From: Ruditapes philippinarum
Taxonomy: Eukaryota
NCBI RefSeq assembly: GCF_026571515.1
Contig: NW_026862297.1
Coordinates: forward strand, 1-57,001
Direction of reading: 5' to 3'
Length of the DNA: 57,001 nucleotides
Part shown: in pieces, positions 13,841 to 25,878 of the stretch
How positions within the stretch are numbered: the first letter of the stretch is position 1
Layout of the letters: each line of letters begins with the position of its first letter
Program-made: the position numbers and the translations under genes
The notes under the pieces: model-generated
The model's input: the letters and a program-made list of their open reading frames with translations, nothing else
Databases searched by the model: none
Told to the model about the DNA's origin: nothing

Positions 13841-15334
13841 ACAATTCTATATTTGATATGATCCTAATAGACGGATGAAATATGCTGTTAGTTACATCAA
13901 AACTGAAATGGTTTTTGATATCAAGTATCATGGTATCTTTGTGTTGTTTAGCGTTGTTTGTTTACATGGATGACATATTCAATAAAATTAGGCTTGTGTT
14001 TTAATCGGTCAATATATACATGTACTATTTGAAGATATAATATGCTCAAATTTGATATAAGAAAATATTGAAAATTGCTCCTCAGTCCGTTTGTAATTAT
14101 AAAATATTTATAAAACATATTTTGACACTATAGGTAGTCACAATATGAATATAATAGTGTCATTAAAAACTGGTATTTTTTTAAAGAAAATATCAACTTA
14201 ACTTAACCTGTAACAGGGAATGTAGCGTCCCATAAATAGTTTATTCAATCTTTTATTCAAATTAGATATATTAGGTAATAATGTCATAGATTTCAATAAA
14301 TTCCTGATTGAAATACTTTATGCAAAGATGAACATAGTATATCTTTAAGCTCCAAATCTCAAGATTTTCTGTCATTATCAAGATAATGTAGTAAACAGGT
14401 CGTTAATCAAGTAATGACACGTTTGTAGAAAAATATATACAAGCTATCGACCAACTTCATTTAAAATTCATTTTGACAGAACAGAAGAGAACAGTTTCAA
14501 TGTGTATAGATGATAAATGCGTGGTTTATGGCGGTTGATTTAAAAGAGAAAAAAAATGTTGTTAATATGAGAGTGAATAGAATGATACCAATGTCGAACA
14601 AAAAATGTTATAAAATCAATTTTGTTTGGTACTTTGTAAGCTGTAATTTTGAAATCTTAAATAAAGTGATTTTTTTTCGTATGAAGTGTTGTACATTTTA
14701 TCACTACCATGTATTGTGCTACAGTGACGTTCTCCAATAGTGACGTTGTGATCTTCGACACAATAAAGTTAATACCAACAGTTTGTAGTCTGGTTAACTA
14801 ATAGCATATTCCGCCATGTTATTTATCCATAATCGTGTGGGTTCGGAACGCAGAAAACTGTTCACAAAACATCATGTAGATGTCGCTGATTTGTTTCCAT
14901 AAAAATGTAACAATTCGCAACTTTTCGTCACTTTCCGCCAAATTCGGAACCACTGTTAATTGTCGAGATATTTCGAATGGTTGTTCGATTTACCATACAG
15001 ACTGTTCTATTATTAACATCTAATTTCACATTAACTTACTTATGTCACGGTCTGATTGGTGTTTTTTTTTGGGGGGGACGACATTTAGGCATTTATATTT
15101 CAAAATAAAGAGATTAAAACATTGAGAAATATATATTTATTAGATAAAACATTGTTTTTGTGCTTTATTCTTTTGAAATAGACATTTAAAAATGTACATC
15201 GTATCATATATACAAGTGACAATACATCAAGCATATCACTCTAACAAATGAATTGAAAATTTCAATTTCCGTGTTTCATTCCTAAATACATTCCTAGTTT
15301 AACACACGTATATAACCAATTCTTCTAACAATGT

Positions 15335-16324
15335 TCAGCAAATGTCACCATAACCTCTATGAAATTTCAAATGAAGCTGTAAGTCTAATAACTGAGAAAA
15401 TGTCTTAAAACATCCGGGTACATAACACATACATGGTTTCACTTTGTTGTGAGCCTGTTGATGAATCGTCTGCGCATGCCTAGAACGGAAGCACCGGAAG
15501 CAGAGACTGCACTGGTAAATAGCGGGATTTCTCTGAACTGAACTCTCATGACCACTGTTCCCGCGCACGTAACTTTCATGACGTTGTAAATGTCTCTGTA
15601 GAAAACGGTATGTCACTATTTCTTCACATAATCCACATTTCACTTTATCTACATAGCCTAATATCAGTTCGTGTTTGGTCACGTGCCCACTCTTGCTGAA
15701 GTAAGAATCCTGCAGACGACACTGATCCCTGTTCGCGCTGTGAATATCATGATGAATACAAGCGTCAGTAAGATCCGAACAAACATCGTCACACACATGG
15801 CACCAGAAAACACACTTAATCAACGATTCACTTTCACACACGTTCATAGGATGGTTGTTTATGCTGTCGTCTGCCGAAAAGTGAGAACTGGAAACCTGAG
15901 CAGGTACATGTACGTCAGAACGTCTGCTAGAATCTTCACAATTGCTGCTCTCAGTACCCATTATAGAATCAATAGAAAACGGTAGGTGGCGCTTTGATTT
16001 CAAATTGTCGTCTGCGGTGGTTATCTGTACAGTGGGAGACGGTGGCGGTGAAATACTGTAGAAATCACTTCGGATGTAGGTTGGAGAGGATGAATAACCT
16101 TGATTCCCATATAGAGACTCATAACTCGGATAGTCATTTTCTGTATCAGTGTTGCTAGTGTAGTCATCTGAACAAATATCGTCGTCGGATTGAGGTGAAA
16201 CTTCCCGGTGGATTATCTCGTCGGTAATCATGCCGCTCACATGGTCACTAATTGTTTCAACAAAATCGTCATCATTATCTTTCCCTGCAGCCATTGACAG
16301 GAAACCTGACATCAAATCTTCCAT
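15335..16324 (-). CDS. C2H2 zinc-finger protein with eh1-like motif, copy 3 (older paralog), 329 aa
   Basis: Intact ORF with only in-frame indels relative to copies 1/2; all Cys/His ligands kept; FSIDSIMG. Acceptor TTTTTCAG lies just upstream of the ATG at 16324. Confidence 0.88.
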   Translation of the reverse strand: MEDLMSGFLSMAAGKDNDDDFVETISDHVSGMITDEIIHREVSPQSDDDICSDDYTSNTDTENDYPSYESLYGNQGYSSSPTYIRSDFYSISPPPSPTVQITTADDNLKSKRHLPFSIDSIMGTESSNCEDSSRRSDVHVPAQVSSSHFSADDSINNHPMNVCESESLIKCVFWCHVCDDVCSDLTDACIHHDIHSANRDQCRLQDSYFSKSGHVTKHELILGYVDKVKCGLCEEIVTYRFLQRHLQRHESYVRGNSGHESSVQRNPAIYQCSLCFRCFRSRHAQTIHQQAHNKVKPCMCYVPGCFKTFSQLLDLQLHLKFHRGYGDIC

Positions 16325-16787
16325 GCTCACTGAAAAATAAATAATAACATCACAGTGAAAATACTCTGAATAAAGACTTTATTCACTGAACTTTTTTGAT
16401 ACAATATTTAATTTTTTTAAATGTGTTTTACTGTAAACTACAGTCAGACAGGTATGTTATTTCCTGAAAAATATAGCAATTTTACACAATCTTAAACAAC
16501 CGTGGCATTTTTATTGTTATTAATTTTAATAACGGTAAATTTCTCGTCAATATGAACCACGGATAACTAGGTTGATACTATGTGAAAGGCATAATGATAA
16601 AATATTTCGTAACCATCAATATTCAGTTCTTTTGTTCCAAACATATACAAAATGTATATGAATTTTCCAAAAAAAAATATTATTTTATTCGGGAAAATAA
16701 TGAAGTACATTTGGCAAAATGAGCTGACGTCTCTAATTGAAATACGTCAATCTTAATAAATATTACAAAATGGTAAAACACACATAC

Positions 16788-16990
16788 GTATGAAATTCAG
16801 TATTAAATCCGAGAGAAATATAAACGATATAAAACAGCTTTTTATCAGTGTGAAAGAATTAAAGTATAAATGTAAAATTATAGAGGACTGAGACTTTTTA
16901 TATGGACAACACAATAATAACCGCATTCCTGTTAATTGCTTTAGTGAGTAAATTCAAACATTTCTATCAAACTTTAATTGCATTGTTGCA
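16788..16990 (-). promoter_or_regulatory. Putative proximal TATA promoter/first exon of ZF copy 3
   Basis: TATAAAAA at 16895-16902 (minus); donor GTATGT at 16782-16787. Confidence 0.55.
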
Positions 16991-18411
16991 ATTCTTTTTA
17001 AAGTCACGATAATATATAATTATATACACAAACTGGTAAGTGGATTTTCATACTTCATTAATGATGATTAAGAAAATAATTATTATTTAAACAACAATAG
17101 CAACAATTAAACTGAATTTAGACATTTTATTATAATTGTTCGTTAGTAATTAACAGTCACACCCATTTTAAAAACAAACTGTGAAGTGCTGATCAGTCTT
17201 TTATCTTCTTGTTTAACATTACTGATATTAAAAAGGTAAGAAGATAATTATATAATTACACAATCTTATTTTGTTATCAACTTTAATTTGCGAATTAAAT
17301 ATAATATAATTAATTAAATGCGGATCTGGACTTAAATGAAAATTTAGTTACATAAATTCTTATTATTGAATGTGTTAAATGACAAACAAATGCAACAATT
17401 ATAAATTAACAGAACAGAATAGAGCTGTTCTGTTCTGTTCTATAAATTACCAGGCTAAACACATGCCTCCGAACAAAAATTTATGCTAATTTTCATGAAT
17501 TTATTTCTAATGTATTCAAAGTACATGTAAAAAGAAAGTAAACGGCACGTTAATGGGAGATACAGGCAAAATTTTCATTTCTTCATATTTTTTTTTATTC
17601 ATTATCCTGTAAATATCTTCAAAATGAATACACTAGGTAGTCATAGAAACCATTTTTTTCTCCTTATAAAGAATAAAATGTTGTTTTTTTTAAACTTTAC
17701 TCATGTGGGTCAGGTATCACAGTGAACTCGGGAAACATTATAGAACATGTCAAATGAATGACTTAAACTTGTGTCAATCATACAACATCCCCAATATATG
17801 TTATTGTAACACATTACTTGTCACATGACTTTTATTATAAAACATTGCTTGTCACATGACTCATTTTAAAACTACTCGATGTTTCTGTCGGCATTTAAAT
17901 TTCGTTCAACGTATATCGATATATTTACGCTTCAAACTAAAAATATATAGGTTTATACAAAAATTCATGCTGGGCCTTTAACAAATGTCGGTTTAGCGTG
18001 ATTTTAGTATAAGATCATATATTTTTGTAATTAGCTTGCCTGAATATCCCTTTAAATCAAGAAAAATCAGTAATAAGTCGCACATAAATTGTAGATTATT
18101 ACTTGAATCTTTTTACTTTTCTTAAATACATTTTCTCAAAATGGATTCTTTTTGTCGGCTCATCTGGAGCCGTGGAGCTTTAAACCCTTTTATATTTAAA
18201 GTCTTTTAGACTAAATTTTATCATCACTGAGCATCGTGCGTGATTACTCCGTCCTTTTTTCACTACAACTATATGTACATAATAACGTTATTTTATTTTG
18301 AAATTATAGCAGACAAGAAAACATTTACATAACATTTTGTTTGTTTTACTCAGAACCGTTGTAAATAAACAGTCATGCTATAAACAAAATTGTATTTCCT
18401 ATAAATGTCAG

Positions 18412-19870
18412 AATTACAAATGCATTTAGATAAATTATATGAATATTGTAAAAGTTGGGGATTAGAAGTAAATATAGATAAAACTAAAATTGTTGTATTT
18501 AGGAAAAGAGGCGGTTTACTAGGAAATGAGTTTTGGACATATGATGGTAATGATATTGAAGTAGTAAATGATTTTAATTATCTAGGAACAGTTTTCAATT
18601 ACACCGGAAATTTTACTTTAAATCAGGAATACATTGTAGGTAAAGCTTTAAAGGCGCTTAATGTTTTGCTTTTAAATTGTAAAAAGTATAGTTTTAAACC
18701 AAAGTTATTATGTCAGCTATTTGATTCTTTTGTTGGCTCAATTTTGAGTTATTCGTCAGAAATATGGGGATTTACAAAATCAAAACAAATTGAAAGAATA
18801 CATTTAAAATTTTGTAAAAATATATTGTCAGTAAGAAATACTACCTGTACTGTTAGTGTATATGGAGAGTTGGGAAGATATCCTTTGTTCATATCCCGTT
18901 ATGTACGCATTGTTAAATATTGGTTTAAGTTGCTGCACACAGACAATATTATTTTACGCTCAGTTTACCAGCTATCATTAAATGATTGTAATAAAGGATT
19001 ATGTAACTGGGTAGCCTATGTTAAAAAGCTTTTGTGTGACTATGGTTTTGCAGATGTTTGGAATAACCCACATGATATTGTATTTAAAAACTTTATCCCG
19101 ATATTTAGACAACGAATAATTGATTGTTTTATACAGGGGTGGCATGTATCTAAAGAAACAAGTTCTGTATTGGAATTATATAATGTGTGTAAAATTAGTT
19201 TTTGTTACGAAAATTATTTAGATATATTGCCTGATCATTTGAGACGACTTATTACTAGATTAAGAACTTCTGCACACAGCTTAAGAATACAAACTGGTAG
19301 ATATGCCAGAAATAGAATACAAAGAAATGAACGGTATTGTCAATGTTGTTCTTTAAGAGACTTAGAAGATGAATTTCATTTTGTTCTTATATGTCCATGT
19401 TATACAAGTATTCGTACCCTTTATATTAAAAGATATTATTTTGTTAACCCAAGTATGTACAAATTTATTGCATTGCTGCAAAGTATTAATAGAAATGAGC
19501 TATGTAAATTAGCACTATATTACAAAAATGCTATGACTATTAGAACTACAGTGTTAAATAATGTTCAATGATAGATAAAAATTTAGTTTATTAAAAATAA
19601 AGTTTAATGATAGATTAAAAATTAGTTTTGATATTGATTTTTCTTCTTAAATATGTTCATCCTCACTTAACTGAGGCTTAATAACAAATATCTGAACAAT
19701 GACAATTGTTACAATTACAATTATTAATCTCTTTATATTATTTATTTTATTAATTTCTTTATATTGATTGCACTGAAAATTACATGTTACTCAAATATTA
19801 TTATGTTATGTATATGATGATGTACTATGTACAAATCAGAAATAAAAGATCTGTTCTGTTCTGTTCTGTT
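18412..19870 (+). mobile_element. 5'-truncated RTE-X-like LINE, young, with uninterrupted ORF remnant and (TTCTG)n tail
   Basis: ORF 18405-19571 is homologous to the element at 1-1586 and includes RIQTGRY..CQCC..EDEFHFVLICP. AATAAA and (TTCTG)n tail at about 19841-19870. The empty site AAATGTCAG|TCTATCACAAG is visible in paralogous units (4102-4121, 8643-8662). Confidence 0.93.
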
Positions 19871-19909
19871 CTATCACAAGAACAATATAATTCTCTACAA
19901 TATAAACAT

Positions 19910-19995
19910 GAACAGAACAGAACATTTCTTTATTCAGACTTGTATATAGTAAATCATCTTCAACACATATATAACAACTAAATATTCTGTACATG
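19910..19995 (-). mobile_element. Short inverted 3'-end remnant of the same LINE family (also at about 13208-13275)
   Basis: Reverse complement reads GAAGATGATTTACTATATACAAGTCTGAATAAAGAAATGTTCTGTTCTGTT, matching the 3' ends at 1523-1586 and 19815-19870. Confidence 0.7.
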
Positions 19996-20896
19996 ATTAA
20001 AACGTCTCGAAGCATTACCGTCAAATCAAATGCCTTTTTAAAAATTTATTTAGACTTTTCTCGTGCTTGCCAGTGAGTTTTTGTGTCGTAGAAATTAAGC
20101 AAATTAAACATCAATTTTGTATTAGTTGAAATAATGAAAACATGATAAAATGATATCAGAATTATGATTTAAAAGAAACAATTATCACTTATAATGAAAA
20201 CATAGATATTTTTACTTTATAATTATTATAACTCCAATAAACATTATATGTATTAAAATCCCAAACGTATAATCGATAGTGATGTTTAATATAAATATTA
20301 TATTTTTTTCTTCTTCAACGTTACTTAACGTAAACTTGGTCGGTCAATTATGAATATTGATACCAGAGGGGAATGCGTTTGATAATAACTACAATATTCG
20401 TTATACTTAAACAGTCATATATTTCAAAGAATATCGTGAAGGTTCTTGATTAAACCTTAAAATGTCTGTTAATAAATATGCTTACATAAATAATCATTAC
20501 AAGGAGTTATTATTGTTTTAAACAGATGCATTGCGACGTTGTACTGAAAAATTTTGATGAATATGTATAAATTTAAATGATAGAAAAAACTTATAAGCGG
20601 TCATTTTCCGGTGATATTCTTACCGCATACGAGTAACATAGAACAAATTGCAATACTTATTATATTAATGTACACATTGTCTCTGTAAGTAAGCATGAAG
20701 AAGACCTGCAGTCCTACTACTTTTTGAACAACCCTCATATATTATTTAAAAGGTTTCTTAGGTTATCAAGATTGTGTACGTTTTCTATATCAATTTTCTA
20801 AACATGATTTTATTCACGTAATGGATCCTGTTGTGATAAATTAAAATTCATAAATATTATAAAATGTCTGAAGCTAATTGGTAAAAGTATACTTAC

Positions 20897-21300
20897 ATGT
20901 ACGTATGCAATTCAGTAATATCCAATATATAAACACATTGATAACTAAGCTTTTATTTCTTGTTTAGAGAAGCGAAGAAGAAAAGTATAAATGTAAAACG
21001 GACTTACTGAAATTATTTATATGGAAACCATTACAATTAGAACATTCTTGGCAATTACTTTAGTGAGTAAATTCAAACATTTTTATCAAACTGTGATTGC
21101 ATTGTTACCATTCTTTTTAAAGTCACTACGGTGTTATAATTATATATAAAACAAACTGGTAATTGGGAGTCTTTTATACTTGAATAATTATTATGATAAA
21201 AGTATTAAGTGATATTAAACTTTATCGTCATTGTCTTGTACAAATGTAATTAACAATCACGCATTGTTTTGGTATTAACAAGCTGATACGTGTTAATCAG
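20897..21300 (-). promoter_or_regulatory. Distal TATA/first-exon module upstream of ZF copy 3
   Basis: TATAAATA at 21014-21021; donor GTAAGT at 20891-20896; homologous to 13630-13850. Confidence 0.45.
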
Positions 21301-22689
21301 TCTTATAATGTTTGTATGATGACTGCGTACTAATTCTGCGTACTTTATTTTGTATTACAAATACTAACATTTCTGAATAAATGCACGCCTAGATTATGAA
21401 AAAAAAATAACAAGTTCAATTGTTGTGTTATAAATTTTATTATCCATATGAGTTGATCTGCCATTTTCAAATATCATAGCTTTAATGTATTCAACATTAA
21501 TCTTGTCTTGAGGTTATCTTCACAATTTGGAGGTTTCAGGCTGCATTATATCCATAATGCTCCATATTATACATATTCCTACCCCCCCCCCCCCCCGAAA
21601 TTTTTCCCTAATTTTAGTAAGATACCTGCAATGTGTATTCAAACCTACAAAAACATAGCTTACTCGGTAATCTAGGAAGAACGGCTTGAAAACTGAGATA
21701 TTTTTAAATAAGTTTAAAAAGATTATCTCATCTTATTACGGGTTACATATAATTATTAGCTACATTTGGGATCGTAAGCTAATATAAATTACAATGTACA
21801 CATATCTGAGTACATAGTTTATTTATTTAACCATAAGACAAATTATCAGAGTTTGTCCTCTTTCGCTTTATTTTATAAAACATTAGTAGTTTTGGAGTTA
21901 AGGGTATTTTACTTATTATAAATATAGACCACAGTGAAAATGGGAAACCTTCCTGACATGCTTCTTAAGTAGACCGACATTAAATGATATGCATTTATCT
22001 AAAACATGTTTCTGTTTTAAAAGTTCTGTTATTAAGAACATCGACCGTATATTATAATGTGCATCTGTCAATTTTAATAAGCAAAGTATGTTGTAAGATT
22101 TAAGACATAGAAAGTATATGATACTTATTTATTTACTTAGTATGGGACATTTCCCCTCTTATTCCCATGTCACACTGCAAACACACAGAAACATTGCAAT
22201 TATGGAACAAACATAGATAAATGTACTGATATATCTATAAATTGAGTATATGTTAGCTCCACATTGATGTTCCTGTTATAAATGAAGTATATTCGCGCCA
22301 AAATAGTTTTTCCCGGTGGTGAGGGTAATTAAACTACACGCACTCTCACGCACGCACACACACACACCGGTGTCACATAGCGTTGAATGTAATATAAATT
22401 GTGTCAAAGAACTCGCTTTGAAGATTTGTTTTTTTTGTATATTAACTGTTTAACGTGTATTTAAAAAAGTTATAGTTGAATTTACCTCATGATATTATTT
22501 TTTAATTCATTTCTGATGTCTGGATAATCGCATTTTAAGTGTAAATAGATACACGTAAGGTTAGGCAAATCTTGTAAATAAATATACTTATAATGTAGTA
22601 ATTAATTAAATATTGAGAAATATCGATGAAATTAAATGCGTATTTTCATTTTCCGTAATTTCAATGTAAAATGTTATTTTTCTTTAAAG

Positions 22690-22925
22690 TGATACATATT
22701 TTCCGTATTTTCACTGGTGTTTGATGGACTTTCTTTTAAATTTTGCCAGTGCACACAATTTAAGCGAAAGTCCTTCAAATTGCAATGAAAAAAGAGATAA
22801 AATAAACAGAACATTCAAGATTTTTTTCTATAAATATATGATTTGACTACCGCCACGAGTGAAATTTTTATTTTCATACCAATCAATGAAAATAAAGCAT
22901 GTATTTATAGAAAAAACTTGAATAG
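22690..22925. repeat. Palindromic MITE-like relic
   Basis: Imperfect inverted repeats TCAAGATTTTTTTCTATAAATATATG (about 22816) and CATGTATTTATAGAAAAAACTTGA (about 22898), plus a hairpin at 22710-22790. Confidence 0.35.
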
Positions 22926-23793
22926 CCTCTATATATAATATGGTAGTTTTATTCTTATTTGTTATGAAATATCCATTACATTTCTACTATAGTTTTTTTA
23001 AATATTTTATTTAACGGTAACAAAAATAGATCACACGGAAAACCCGATATTTGCGCTAAATTTGGCAGTGGTAATACCCCATTGTTACTATAATTGGCAC
23101 ATTTGTTCCGCTAATTAACTTATAATGCGTAGTTTCAATAGAAGACCAATTACATTTACAGCGCGCTTCTAAGCGGATAACACGGCGCAAAAAGACACTC
23201 AGCTACTTAAGTGTAAGTACATAATTATAAGTACATTATTATTTATCAGTTAATTACTATTACTCTTATAACTTAGTTAAACGTTGCACAAATAATAATA
23301 ATTGATCAAAAGTGAATCTTAATTAATGATTGTCACACTGAAACGGTTTAAGATTTACATAATGAAATAATTATCATTGTATCGGTTTAGGAAACAAATA
23401 TGAGCACATTTGATTTGGACTAGACTCTTCTACAATCGTTTTATCATTTGATGATGACAAAAAATAAAAAAGAAATAGCAAATCTCTCGAAATACTTATA
23501 CTTTGCAAATAAACTTCGAAAAGAACTTGAATAACTAATTATCAGCTTTCATCTAGTTTTTCTTGAAAAAAAAAATTATTTCATATATTTTATTTTTCCT
23601 TTTTTACATTTTGTACTTAATAATTTATTCCAATTCTGACTAAACAAAACAGTTTCTCTCTTAAATTACTGTTCTTGTTTATTTGTGACTTTTCTCTTGT
23701 CTTATGGTAGTGTTTATATTTCATGTGTAACTACTACAGATGTTAATATGTAGGCTAGAAGTGATGTTAGATATTGCTTTATGCTGAATAAAT

Positions 23794-23815
23794 GTTGTTG
23801 TTGTTGTTGTTGTTA
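23794..23815. repeat. (GTT)n microsatellite
   Basis: About 7 perfect GTT units. Confidence 0.9.
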
Positions 23816-25878
23816 TCGCATGAATAAAATTGTGCGTTTAATATCATCGTTCGTTGCTTATATGTAAAACTAAACGTCATTGAAATTTATATATGATATC
23901 GAACATAAAAGGGAAGGTAACATGTTCACTTCTGTGTGTTTTATTTTGTTTTAATACTCTGTATCTCCGACTGTTTCGGCAACTGCAACAAGATATCATG
24001 TTTTTATTATCATGTTGTATCTGTGAAGAAAATGTTGTGGAACGGGTGCCCACATTTGATGTATAACATTCCTTTAGTCAACAGCGGCACGGCTCGCACT
24101 TAGACTGAAACGGTTTCTAGTGCAATGTAGCATATTTATACAAATTAAATCTTAACACAATAAAATTTTATTGTATACTTTGTATGGTAGTCAAAATACC
24201 ACTGTGTTTATATTTTGCTACATTTTTCACAATTAATTTCTTATTCAATGGTTATTTCTTCAGGTTATAAGCATTTCACATGTTCTTAATCCATAATTAC
24301 AACATAATTTTACTCATTTGTTTCTTTTTATAAAATTAAAAAAATCATTCATTCGGAGGCATAATGTGTTGTTAAGGTCTATCTTATTGGCTTAATGGTA
24401 ACATAATAAGTAAGACTTAATGTGGATTTTTGAAATTCTAAGGCTAAAGTATGCGATATTAGTTCCATATAATTCTAATCATTTTATATCCTAAAATGCA
24501 CGCAAATATTTAAGTGCAAATACACTTCAACGAATAGAAAATACGGTACCAGATATGGAAATGCCGAACTATTTTTGACGTTGGTTCCGATCTCAGCTGT
24601 ATATAACTTAGCATTTGGAAATGGGAACCAAAATTATTAAAGGTGTGGCCGGTTTTGCAAAAATAACGTAATCCTCCGATTGTCATGAAATTATTACTTG
24701 ACAGCTACATTTCCTTTTCAGAAATTACTAATAGAAGTATAGTTTATTAAAATTAATTTTTACTTAAAACAAAAAGGTATATATATATATAAGGAATATT
24801 ATGTTGTAGTATACTTCTGAGTCTATGTATTTTATAAGTTTAATTGTACATGACAAAGCATGGGGCTGATAGAATCAGTAATATCATTCTTAAAGAAGCT
24901 TGTTGAGGACCTTCTGTTACTTTATGTAACCTTTCTGACTACTCTCTCCAAATATGAAGCATACATTCTTGGAAGACTTATATTCAAACAGCTCATTAAT
25001 CACTTGCAGGAGAACAATTTCACGCCTGGTAAATAATAGAGCTACCTCTTTTAGAGGTATACGGTTAATCGCTCTTTAGTTCCTTCCGAGCTAGTGCATG
25101 CCGCTAAAATCAAGTGTCAAGTGTTTTCATTTTTTATATATTTTGTAAAGTCTACACCAAATATCGAAATTCGGAGAAGTCTTTGCCATGTAGATTTGAT
25201 TAAAGTTTCAAGAAAACGTAAAGTGTTATACTTGTGTTTAAAATGTAGTTGTAATGGCGTTTTCCAGGTTGAAATGGACCGTTTCATCATTAAACGGACT
25301 ATTTATCCTCCCATTTTCATGTAAACAGCATTTCAGATATAAAAAAAACAAATACGTTTTAAGTAGATATAAGATCTAGAATTAAATTAAGATTGAAATC
25401 AGATTAAAACATTGGTTAATAAACAAAATATAGGATATTTTTATGTTGAAGACAGCTCTGTAGTGAAAGAGGTAGTCATGTCGCTAAGGAGTTAGCTCTA
25501 TGGTTTCAAAGGGGACCAAAAAATGACCAAAAATGACAGGGCAAATCATGTTTAAGAAAAAGATCTTTAGGATGTTGATACAACGGGTATCATTATGAAG
25601 AAAGAAATCAACTTTTTTAAAAATATTTTTCTATATTGGCAGTTATTCCTGTTACATCATTCTCGAAGAGATCAATAAAATAATTATGGATGTTTTCTAT
25701 TCATTTTGGAAATAGCCTATGTACAACAGAAAATGCGCTTTTAATATTACTAATATTGTACTGTTTCTGTTCACATTTTTATATGTCCAAGCTTAAAGCA
25801 TTGTGTAAGGTTTACATCTCTACTTTTGCAGCCAAATTCTTCCTTGGTTGATTAGTATTTTTTATGTTTCAGGACGAA

